Assembly: GCA_030390025.1 (NCBI GenBank)
Contig: CM059432.1
Coordinates: 47,556,001-47,620,000, forward strand
Direction of reading: 5' to 3'
Origin: Squalus acanthias
Lineage: Eukaryota
Length of the DNA stretch: 64,000 bases
Shown here: positions 29,194-41,007 of the stretch, piece by piece
How positions within the stretch are numbered: position 1 is the first letter of the stretch
Layout of the letters: the number at the start of each line of letters is the position of its first letter
The notes under the pieces: model-generated
What the model was told of the DNA's origin: nothing
The model's input: the letters and a program-made list of their open reading frames with translations, nothing else
The model's database searches: none
Translations under genes and position numbers: made by a program

Positions 29194-29248
29194 CCCAGCC
29201 AGGTGGTAAAGGGCCAAGAGGATCATTTTCTGCTGATAACATTGAAGC
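29194..29248 (-). CDS. WWP1: WWP1 exon, WW2-3 linker and start of WW3 (55 nt)
   Basis: ASMLSAENDPLGPLPPGW; CAG/GTACG. Confidence 0.94.
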
Positions 29249-29716
29249 CTGTTGAAAATAATATTCACTTTAGTACTTTGCTATCAAAACAACATACATT
29301 ACAATGCGTAGACTGAAGCATCAGCATCACTAACCTCCCGTTCAAGTGCTCCCTGTTTTTCAGCCTAGGCTAAAATTGCTTTGTAACCGTCTACCATGAT
29401 TGGCACAAAGGAAACCCACACTGAGTCACCCTCTAATTCTCCTTGTAGGGAAGCATGTTGCTTGTAATCACCTGGTCGTGATGCAGAATTCATTGCACGG
29501 GCAATGGCAGGTGTGAATCTGACTTCTACTAGTAAGCAGCACAGTGTAAAAAACACTCTTTGACAACTCCATCACGTTGCAAATTTAAGCTTCTAACTAG
29601 AAAAAAAACTTGCTGCTATTATTATTTATGATGCGGAGATGCCGGTGTTGGACTGGGGTGGACAAATGTGAGAAGTCACACAACACCAGGTTATAGTCCA
29701 ACAGCTTTATTTGAAA

Positions 29717-29753
29717 TCACAAGCTTTCGGAGCGCTGCTCCTTCGTCAGGTGA
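29717..29753 (-). ncRNA. Minimal hammerhead ribozyme motif (sense to WWP1 pre-mRNA)
   Basis: Reverse complement TCAC-CTGACGA-A-GGAGC agc GCTCC-GAA-AGCT-T-GTGA. Confidence 0.78.
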
Positions 29754-30297
29754 AGTGAAGAGATACATATCGGCACAGCATATATAGTCAGAGAGCACTG
29801 CCAGATGATTACAGTTAATCTTTCTAACTGCCCTTTATCACACCTTGGCAGAGAGATAATCACGGCAATCAAAGGTGTGGATGGTGTCCAAACAGGTCAG
29901 TCAGGAAAACATTACATCAAAGACAATGAGGTGGGGTCACAAGGGGTCAAATGTGGCAGATGCTGGGGTCTGTATGGAAAACAAAAAACTTTTTTTTGCT
30001 GGAAATCACAGCAGGTCCGGCCGCATCTGTGTAGAGAGAACAAGCCAACGACGACTCAAGTCTGGAGGACTCTACGTCAGGTGGGGTTACATGTAGCGTG
30101 ACATGAACCTAAGATCCCACCTCATTGTCTTTGAGGTAATGTTTTCCTGACTGACCTGTTTGGACACCATCCACACCTTTGATTGCCGTGATTATCTCTC
30201 TGCCGAGGTGTGGTAAAGGGCAGTTAGAAAGATTAACTGTAATCATCTGGCAGTGTTCTCTGACTATATATGCTGTGCCGATATGTATCTCTTCACT

Positions 30298-30334
30298 TCA
30301 CCTGACGAAGGAGCAGCGCTCCGAAAGCTTGTGA
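30298..30334 (+). ncRNA. Minimal hammerhead ribozyme motif (inverted arm copy)
   Basis: TCAC-CTGACGA-A-GGAGC agc GCTCC-GAA-AGCT-T-GTGA. Confidence 0.78.
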
Positions 30335-30515
30335 TTTCAAATAAAGCTGTTGGACTATAACCTGGTGTTGTGCGACTTCTCACATTATTATTTATATTCT
30401 TTGGTATGGTGGGAATGAAGCAAACAAGTCTGGCTATAGGACAGAACCAGTTACTAAACCAGAATATAATTACTATAGAGTATCAATAATTAGCAGGAAA
30501 TGTTTGTGTAAATTA

Positions 30516-30782
<267 letters not shown>

Positions 30783-30835
30783 TCAGAAGCTCTCACAAAC
30801 AGGGACATATAAACAATTCAATCCAATATCACTCA

Positions 30836-30952
<117 letters not shown>

Positions 30953-32658
30953 TTAGGAAAGGTTTTATTCAACTAGTTTACAAATACACAAACTGTACAC
31001 AACTAGGAGATAGAAAGGGGAGTGGAATGTGTGTTTTAGTGAACAGTAACAGGACTAAACAGATAGCTCTTTCAGAGAGCCAGACGCAATGGGCTCTTAT
31101 ATTCTATAAAATTCCACAAGTATCTGTACAGTATATTTTTTATATTTCCTCTCCTCTTCCCGTTTTTAAGTCTCCTGCACCAGTATTTTCCAGTCATTTG
31201 CCAGATGACTTACTCCCAAGACTCTGCCAGTATTAATGTTCATTAAAGGGACAAAAAAAGCTGAAGTGGATTCCTCCCTTTGCTTTTAGGAAAACAACCA
31301 GCCTTCACTCAGTAATTCTCCCAGTGACAAAATTAAGATCAAGGATGTGGGCCCAAACTCACATCTTCCTTCAACAATGTAACCATCAACTTCGTTGGAA
31401 TAAATTATAAAATGTATTTCACATTTAGATAACTTGCCAGCTTTGTGTTCTTTAAAGCAATAGTACTGCAACAATACTACTTCAAATTTCTACAAACTTT
31501 TATAAATTCACAGTTCTCAATACTCATCTTTGATTTAACAGCAAAATACTTACTAGTACAAATTAAGTTTACAACAATAATTTACACTTATGCAGTGCCT
31601 TTAACATAGTAAAATATCCCAAGGTGCATCATGAGCAGATAGAGGGAAATAGATACTGAGCATAAGAGTTAGAGCTTTCAATCCAGATTATCAAACCACA
31701 CACATTACTAGTCTTCAACATTGTAGTACAAATTAAGCTAAATATACTGTGACAATTTTGGTACTGAGTTAAAAACAAATTGGGAGCAGGTAGAGGTTTT
31801 TCATATTTAAGATTTATGCACATATATGGATATAGTTTTAAATAAAGTAGACCCAAACCTCAGATTATTGGTTAAATGCAACCCTAGATGTGAGTGAACC
31901 ACATACCAGGAAGGTTCCAGATTCCATTCCTGGTACCTGCTGAGTTTGCCAAATTCAATCAAATGGCAGTTGGAGTAGCACAGCCGGTCGCATGGTTCTC
32001 AGACAGGTGGAAGGTGGGAGAAGACAGGGGAAACAAACACAAACCGCCAGGGTTCCTATTTTAACTGCTATCCAGTGAGCCCTACAGGAAGTGCACATGT
32101 AGATACAAACTGTGGATGCTGAATACTCACTCTCCAGACTAACAAATAAATACCATTCAAACCATACCCTTGCATGAATCACCACCTTAAGAGAGGCATA
32201 AGGGGAAGTGGTGGGAATCAGAGAAAATATAAAATACAAGAGCCCTTATTACAATACTCAAGCATTGCTAAGGCCCAAAAACACACTGAACCAAAAATTA
32301 TGGAGAATCTACAACCATTACAAAATAGTAAAAATTCTGCAGGTGCATAAGTACAATTTTTTTTTTTAATTAATGTATCTTGAGAGCACCGTGTTCAAAT
32401 TATTTACAGCTCTGTGAATCTAATTTTTTTAAATAATTTTGTACATCATACACTATTTATTTTGGAAAATATGATGCACACATTTTAAAAGCAATGGATA
32501 ATTCAGAAGTGTCAACTGACTCACGTTACTGTTTAATAAAACTAATTTTAAGACAGAAGTATCAAATTTGGATAGGTTCTTTCCATTAGACTCCAATCCT
32601 GTAACAATACTTCTAATGCTAATAGAGAAACAAAGTCAGTCAGTGTTCATGTACTTAC

Positions 32659-33085
32659 CCAGCTGGCAATGGTTCTGTGCTAATGCTGTCTGGCTGCTGT
32701 CTAACAGGCCCAGCAGATGCATCTGAAGTTGAATGCCTAGGTTTTCCACTGTCTGCCCCTGTATTGCTTCTGGCATTAGAGTCCGTAGCTGTGGCTGCTA
32801 AAGGAGCGTCAGCAGTTGCGCTTGTTGCTGAAGTTGTGCTATTGCCTGCAGCAGCTGTAGTTGTTTCTGTTGAACTTGCTGCAGATATGGAAGGTAAAGT
32901 AGTACTAGTAGTAGTAGTAGTAGTAGCAGTAGTAGTAGTGCAAACCATGGGAGTGGAAGTCTCTGCAGATTCTGTTATAACTCCACTGGCAGATGTCACA
33001 GTCACAGTTATCGTTGGTGAGGATGATGATGATGTTGATGGAGGTGTTGGAGGTGTTGGCGGTGATGGTGGTGGTTCTCCATTTA
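32659..33085 (-). CDS. WWP1: WWP1 exon, Pro/Ser/Thr-rich linker up to start of WW1 (427 nt)
   Basis: Within ORF 32655-33218: (V)NGEPPPSPP...RQQPDSISTEPLPA(G); TAG/GTAAG. Confidence 0.9.
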
Positions 33086-33837
33086 CTAGAACAAAATAAG
33101 TAAAATGTTTACAGATTAGACAACTACCTATGCATAATCCTGAATTAATTGTGTGCGAAACCCCGAGCTGAGCTTCTGACCCCATATGCTCTCTGTCGGA
33201 AAGACAGTCTACTTGCACCTGCTTAACAAATACTTGCCTTCGCCCCTACCTGAGCCCATCTGCCGCTGCAACCCTCATCCACGCCTTTGTATCATCTACG
33301 CCTTTGTCATATCCAGATCAACTATTCCAATGCGCTCCTGACCAGCCTCCCATCTTTCACCCATGTAAACTTCAGCTCATCCAAAATTCTGCTGCGCATT
33401 TCGTATCACGCACTAGGTCCCACTCACCTCTCACCCCTGCCCTTGGTGACATACATTAGCCTTCAGTTCCCCAACACGTCAATTTAAAAATCTGATCTTG
33501 TGTTTAAATCCCTTCACGGTCTTGCCCCTCCCTAAGATATCATCCTTGTATCTGAAGTAGTACTCTCGTCTGCTCTTCTTCGAATCGTTCCGTGGGATCT
33601 TTTACATCCACCAGAGAGGACTCAGTTTAACATCTCATCAGAAATATGGCACTTATGATAATGCAGCATTCCCTTATTACTGCACTGGAGTGTCACCCGA
33701 GATTGAGATTATGTATTCAAGTTTCTGGAGTGGGACTTGAACCCACGACCTTCAGGCTCAGAAGTGAGAGTGCTACCATTGAGCCAAAGCTGACAAATAT
33801 GATTTGCTATGTCCAGGGATCAAAACTTGACACGATA

Positions 33838-34419
33838 GGGTCGGTTTTAACTCCCTTCATCTGTGGGATTGAGGTGGTAGCACCCTGAAGATTGCAGGGA
33901 TACATTACTGCCTGCTGCCATTTTACCAAGGGACTCTGGATGGGCAGCCCAGGCATCTGCCTGTTTCAGATGGAAGCCTAATTCTATTATACAAATAGAC
34001 CTCTGACGTGAATAGGACCCCAACGAAATTTTGAGGTACCAATGAGCAGACCGTTTTATGCGCATGCTCCATCCACTAGCACTAGGTTTTGAAAGACCTA
34101 ACCAATGGTCCTTAAAGGGACTGATGAAGGCTGCTCCAAAACCAATTAAGTTTCTAGTTTTTGAAAGATTATTTGTGGGGCCAGGAGGATCATGAATGCT
34201 TCTCCTATCAGCCCCCACCCAGTGACACCCATCCCTCCCCCCCCAATGCAAATAAAACTATCAACTCAACTCTGCAGAGGTGCTGCCAGATTTACTGCAC
34301 ACCCCTATCAGCAAGCTGTCCGTGAGCGCTGGCTCAGCACTCGCATTTCACCGATCAAATGTCAATGGGGCCTGGCCCTCACACTGATTGCATCGTTTAC
34401 CCAGGGTTAAAATAGACCC
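33838..34419. mobile_element. MITE-like element
   Basis: TIR GGGTCGGTTTTAAC / GTTAAAATAGACCC (12/14). Confidence 0.62.
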
Positions 34420-35282
34420 AGATACTTCGAGTGCAAATATATAAAAGCCTCCTACACTCTGGGGGCAATTTTAACCCCCAAGGACGGTGGATTGGGAAGT
34501 AAAACATTGTAAAATCTCAAATCCGACCCCAACCCGCACACTTCAAGTTTTAATGGAGGCGGGTCAGGAGCCAGGCAACCAATCCCTTCTCAGGAGGCAG
34601 GGTCAGTCAGTAAAAGCTTTAAAAGGAGGTTGCTTGCCTCCATTTTAACAGGTTTTAAATTTTAAACCCAGGGCTCAAGAAACCCAGCAGGTAAAAGGCG
34701 GTGGGAAGTTCATTTACAACACTGCTGGAGTGCTTCCCCCAGGCTCAACAAGCTAACCTCTTTACAGACCTCACAATCGGCTGACCCTCACCCCTCAACC
34801 ACCCCATCACCACCACCCCCCCCACTCCCGACTCCACCCACCCCTCCCCCGATCTCGATCCGAAGAGCCCGACCGGCGATTCCTCCCCCCCACGCCAAAT
34901 TATCTTTTCTCTCCCCCCCCCCCCACCTCTCTACTCCCCAGTTGCATCCTTGTGCTGCAGGCCTTCCTGCCAGACAGGCAATCAGGCTGGCTGTCAGGCG
35001 GGAAACCTGTTGAAAATTTTTAAGTAATTCTGCTGTTAATTTCAGGATATCTGGGAATTCCGGGTTTCCTGTCCGGAAATCTTCACCCACTCTCTTCACA
35101 GCCCCAAGTAAATATCGGGGCCTTTAAGTATAGTGCCCAAGACTACTCGATGGTCTTAGTATTAAAAACCTAAAGTCCATTTACCTTCCTAAAAGCCACC
35201 TCACACTGCTTGCGCATCCTTAATAACCATGCAAGTTTCTCTCTCTCTCTCGACACTCATCAAACCACCTACAAATTCTTAC

Positions 35283-35461
35283 CAGTACTGCAGGCAGCTT
35301 GAGTGGCAGAGCTTTTTGGCGCCGTTGTACTTTTAGGCCTGGCAGCTACATGACAGGGAGAATGATTGCTCTCTCCATTCATTACCGGAGAACTGGTTGC
35401 AGACTGCCGTGAAGAACTTGTTGATGGACTATCTGCACAGTTGGAGGTTTCTGTGTTGGAT
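35283..35461 (-). CDS. WWP1: WWP1 exon, linker (179 nt)
   Basis: SNTETSNCADSPSTSSSRQSATSSPVMNGESNHSPCHVAARPKSTTAPKSSATQAACST; poly-T+AAG acceptor, GTAAG donor. Confidence 0.87.
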
Positions 35462-36193
35462 CTTTAAAAAAATGATATTTCAAGTTAACTCACTAGAAGC
35501 AACCACAAATCACACCGCTATTCAATAAAATTCCTGTTCAAATTATAATTCAGACATCATTCTTTTCAGTGAATAGTAAAACCTGTATACACTCTACTTT
35601 TTTTCTCCCTTCCTGAAGGTGTTACTCTGTGTACAGTTCCATTATATGTGCTATCCATCCAAGGGAAGTGACCATAGCCAAGTCCAATCCAGTCCTCATC
35701 CAACATCCACATGTATGCACTTCCAGCAGGGTGCTCAATACCGACCAACATTGGGAACTATAGCCAATTTTCCCCTTCCTAATACAGGAAGCTGTAACCA
35801 ATTGTAGTGCCACCATGGCTGTGGTCAGCTAACTCAGCACAGAGTGTGGATCAGTCCTGCAACCTTCCTGGTCTGCTTGGCTCACCAACCAGAGCCAGAG
35901 GCACCTCTATACATTAATTCAATATTCCCATAATGCCTGAGAAAAAGGAATACATTATCCACTAACAGATATTCCATGGTATTGATCATTGTGAGCTGGT
36001 GGATACACTTTAAAAAAAAAAATCGGTAGCAGTGGGTATGCCATGTAAAGTAAACATGAGGACCAACTGATTTACAGTGACTGAATGTCTAATTCAATTT
36101 TTATTAAATATAATTTTTAGGATTTCTCCAGGTACTTTGGGCACTGAATTACACAACTCTTGGCCATTATTTTGTGAAAATCATAAATGTGTC

Positions 36194-36227
<34 letters not shown>

Positions 36228-36242
36228 AAATAATTATAATTG

Positions 36243-36316
36243 AGCGAGTCTTTGGCTTAGCAGCAGCATTCCTGCCTCTGAGCCAGAAGGTGCAGGGGTT
36301 CGAGCCCTGCTCCAGA
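36243..36316 (+). mobile_element. tRNA-like SINE head
   Basis: A-box-like TGGCTTAGCAG and B-box GGTTCGAGCCC; no complete cloverleaf. Confidence 0.55.
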
Positions 36317-37843
36317 CAGTCCTGGCATCCAGCGGGACTCTCACGTTGGCTATGGGAGTCCATAAAACCCTCCCACCCTACAGAACTAACCACTCAAGGC
36401 TGGTTACAGCCACGAAAGGAGCATTCACATCGCAGCCTGTTAGAATGTTAATCAGCCTATCTCACTATTCTGCTAGGGAAGCACGTGAAGTTACAAAACA
36501 ACATTGTATATGTATTCCTTTACTTTTGTATTTAAATTTTGTTCGTTACCAATTTTAAAGCAAAGAATACACAGAAAGATGGTAAGTAAAATGCACCAAT
36601 TTGAGGTAGATATCGGATATTTAGCAGTACTGGGGAGGGGGAATGGAGTTAGCTGCACTTCAAGACAGTGCTGGAGTTTGACAGACTAGGGTGGGGGTCC
36701 TGCAGTTTAATAATTAAACTGAGCACATATAGTAAAAACTTACAGCACCAACAGAGCCAATAGTTTCACTGCTTATGAGTATCTTTGCTCGTGAACAAAC
36801 TCTGCATTCATGCCGACACGTTCTGTTATTCTATATGGATTCTCCATGAGCTGACAGCAGAATATGCACTAGAATAAACCTGTAATTTATTTTGACCATA
36901 TTTAGATTATCAAGTCCAATTCCCTAATTTTAATATGACTGTGACATGGTATAATTAATCCCAACTTAAAGCTTGATCTCAATTAGGAAATCATGTGCTA
37001 AACAGTTGTGATTAGAGAATTATTCAGCCAGAAATGCAGGAACTTCATTTAAAAATAAGCTAAGAGGTAATAGATAGAGAGACCCAAGACAAATACGGCT
37101 TTGAAACACCATTTTATAGGAATAAGTCAAGACAGAACAAGCTAGATAGCAACATCTTTTCATCTTATTTTTCTCTTATGCTATTTATCTAAGGTTAACA
37201 GCAATGAACCATCTGTTCACCTAAGTTGGCTATTATCTGTGTTGGAATGTCAACCTTCGTTGAAAAAAGTACTTTTATTAAATATTATGCTGCATAATAA
37301 AATAAAAACAATATTGTTCAAAGTTAAAATATAATTTTCAGTTAAAGGACTTGTATATAAAGCTTACAAGCCTCTCCCTCCCTAGCCCCTCCAAGCTCAG
37401 TCCTACCATTTCTGTTCCAAAAACAACCCACAGCCCACCTGGTGCTAGTCATGTCTTCCTTCCTCACTCACCTGTGATTACTATTGATCAAAAAGTCAGC
37501 TGTCCTTAGCCCGTCCTTCTGGGAAACTGGCATTCTGCTTTTAAAGCATAGGGTAGGCTTAGGGCCAGTAATAGCATATTTAAAAACATATTGCCAGTTT
37601 CCCAGTGATAACAGAACTGGCATGGGATAAGCTGTGAGCCAATGATTTTTGAAGTGCGACTGGGTGAGGGAGGGAGACTTTCCTCAGACTGCTGTGGGTG
37701 ATAGGGAGTGTTATGGTGCAGGACTGGACACTGGTTGGCAAGGGAGCGAAGATATGCGGACGGTGATAGCCCTGAGGCTTTTATTTCAGGCTCCTGGTGA
37801 TCAGGAAGCATCAGGGGAGCAAGGAGTTCATTACATAGTTCAA

Positions 37844-39548
37844 TCCCCACCGAGGCACTAAAGCATGGTGGAGAAGCACTACTGGCGCGAATTCATGAAC
37901 TCATTTCTCATTTCTGGAAGGAGGAGAGCATGCCAGGGGATCTCAGAGACACCATAATTGTGACCATCTTCAAGAAAGGTGACAAGTCCGATTGCGGTAA
38001 TTACAGAGGAATTTCCCTGCTGTCTGCCACAGGGAAAGTCATCGCAAGAATCCTCCTCAATCGCCTTCTCCCAGTGGCCGTAGAGCTCCTCCCAGAGTCG
38101 CAATGCGGATTCCGCCCACTAAGGGGCACAATGGACATGATCTTCACCGCACGTCAATTACAAGAGAAATGCAGGGAACAGCACCAACCGCTGTACATGG
38201 CCTTCTTTGACCTCACAAAGACCTTCGACACTGTCAACCGTGAGGGTTTATGGAGTGTCGTCCTCAAATTCGACTGCCCTCTAAAGTTTTTCACCATCCT
38301 CCACCTGCTTCACGACGACATGCAAACCGTGATCCTGACCAACAGTTCCACCACAGACCCAATTCACGTACGAACCGGGGTCAAGCAAGGCTGTGTCATC
38401 GCACCAACGCTCTTCTCGATCTTCCTTGCTGCAATGCTCAATCTCACCCTCAGTAAGCTCCCCACTGGAGTGGAGCTAATTTACAGAACAAACGGGAAAC
38501 TGTTCAACCTCCGTCGCCTCCAGTCCAGATCCAAGGTCGTCCCATCCTCTGTCGTGGAATTACAGTATGCAGACGACGCTTGCGTCTGCGCTTACTCGGA
38601 GGTCGAACTCCAAACCATCGCCAACACCTTCACCGAAGCGTACGAGAGCATGGGCCTTACACTAAACATCTGTAAGACAAAAGTCCTCTACCAACCTGCC
38701 CCCACCACACAGTACTGCTCCCCGATTATCAAAATCAACGACAAGGCCTTGGACAACGTGGACCACTTTCCATACCTCGGGAGCCTCAACAAGGGCAGAC
38801 GTCGATGACGAAGTCCAACACCGCCTTCAGTGTGCCAGTGCAGCCTTCGGTCGCCTGAGGAAGAGAGTGTTTGAAGACCAGGACCTCAAACCTGGCACTC
38901 AGCTCATGGTCTACAGAGCAGCAGTGATACTCGCCCTGCTGTATGCCTCAGAGACATGGACCATGTACAGCAGCCACCGCAAAGCACTGGAGAGGTACCA
39001 CCAACGCTGCCTCCGCAAGATCCTGCAAATCTATTGGCAGGATAGGCGCACCGACGTCAGTGTTCTCGCTCAGGCCAACATCCCCAGCATCGAAGCTTTG
39101 ACCACGCTCGATCAGTTCCGATGGACGGGTCACATTGTCCGCATGCCCGATACAAGACTCCCAAAATAAACGCTCTACTCGGAGCTCCGGCATGGCAAGA
39201 GAGCCCCAGGTGGGCAGAGGAAATGCTTCAAGAACACCCTCAAAGCCTCCTTGAAAAAGTGTAACATCCCCACCGACACCTGGGAATCCCTGGCCCAAGA
39301 CCGCACAAAGTGGAGGAGAAGCATCCGGAAAGGCGCCGAACACCTCGAGTCTCTTCGCCGGGAGCAAGCAGAAGCCAAGCGCAGGCAGCGCACGTCAACC
39401 CAAGCACCCCACCCGCCCCTTCAACCACTGTCTGCCCCACCTGTGACAGAGACTGTAGGTCCCGCATTGGACTCATCAGTCACCTGAGAACTCATTTTTA
39501 ATATGGAAGCAAGTCATCCTCGGTTCCGAGGGACTGCCTAAGAAGACG
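37844..39548 (+). mobile_element. 5'-truncated RTE-clade LINE (RT + C-terminal zinc finger)
   Basis: ORF 37930-38808 NYRGISLLS..GVKQGC..YADD; C-terminal CPTCDRDCRSRIGLISHLRTH; 11-bp TSD ACATAGTTCAA at 37833-43 and 39549-59. Confidence 0.93.
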
Positions 39549-41007
39549 ACATAGTTCAAAGGGGTAGGGAATGCAATTAAGTGGGTGGGATGGGGTACTG
39601 GTAACGTGAAAGGTTATCAGACATGGTGGGTTCAAGGGAGAATGAAGAAGCGAGCAGCTGAGGATTACAAGCTGAATTTTCCCTGCATCCACCACTGCAA
39701 AACATGGTCTTCAGCCCTTAAGTGCTCCCTTTTACATCACCTACCCCAAAAGAAAAGAAAACAGTGAAAGAAGCAGAATGGCACAGAGACAGAACCAAAA
39801 AGAGAGTTAGCAAGAGTGAAGCAAAAGAGAAAAGTAAGAAAAGGTAAAAGAGAGAAACAGCGGCAGGAAGATGACAGAGATAGGTAAGAAACTACAGGAA
39901 ATTGGCTATTACTTTTTAAGTTTGTTTTTCCCATTCTGCTCCCCAATTTATTAATTCATTTTTGACTGCTGCCATATTAATTTAATATTTTTCTCCCCAT
40001 TCTTGCTCGCAGCCTACTCCCCAATTTTGTTTGCATTAAAGCTTTTTTCCATGTTCGTTTGCTGTGTTCTTTATTTGATCTAATGTACGCCAATATTTTT
40101 ATTTGAAATAGGTAGGTGGTGCTACAGAAAATTTACCTCCTGATTTACTGTATAACTAGAAGTGTGACAGTTTTTCAATAGTGTATTATTGTGGCGTGCT
40201 TATTATTAGTATGACAGGGTCTGATTGTTGGTGTGTGCTTTGGATAAGCTGTGCTGTAATATTCATCATAACCTTTCATTTTTGCAGTGGTCAAGCATTT
40301 GGTTTGTGTTGGTTTAGTTTTCTTATTGCAAATGCATGGTGTCTAACAAAAACAATAACACATTTTGCTGTAATTTAAGGTCTCCAGTTTAGTCTATTAA
40401 TTTGTAATCTCCAGGTCATTATAAGATCATTATTCTGTTGTCATTGTTTTAAGGATTGCTGTCATCACTTTCTTTGGGAACACTGAGAGAAGACTTTATA
40501 GATCTTGAAACCCCACGTACAATGCAACTGTTTACATCTAACTCAGGGTTGTATATATTTATTGCTTTGTTGGATTTTTGTTCTGTTCAAAAGAAAATAT
40601 TCAATAAAAATAGTTGTCACCAAAAGCAAATGATTAGTATGAGCATTCTTTAAAAAAGGCCAAGTATGCAAAATTCAAACCTTATTGGCAGGCATACTCC
40701 ATGAGAATTCTCCCTGCTTAACATCAGTGCAGAATTACTGCTCCATTTCCCTTGAATTATTTCTTCAGCACTTATGGAAAAACTCTTCAACTAAAAGATT
40801 GTTAGAAGTTAAGGATGTGGAACAACATGGTGGCCAAGTACTTTAGACCAATAATATTTTACACCATAGTTGTTCTCACTTTTAACTCCAACCATGAATA
40901 AACATGACCCTTCATGTATATACAGTACCAGCCTAAAAAAACACTGCAATGCAATTTTGCAATAGCTGCCAGACTATGAACAATTTAACATGAAACAAAG
41001 ATAATTG

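Larger units (their letters stand above)
29630..30383. mobile_element. PLE-derived fold-back insertion (minus-strand 3' end plus inverted partial pLTR)
   Basis: 271-bp inverted arms 29665-29935 and 30116-30386; spacer holds the ORF end DLRFMSRYM*; ATTATTATTTAT duplicated at 29618-29 and 30384-95. Confidence 0.92.

Noticed and set aside
32677..33099. 140-aa Val-rich ORF on plus
   Set aside because: Antisense shadow of the WWP1 linker exon
36243..36316. Possible tRNA gene
   Set aside because: Only A/B boxes with no convincing acceptor stem or cloverleaf; better explained as a SINE head
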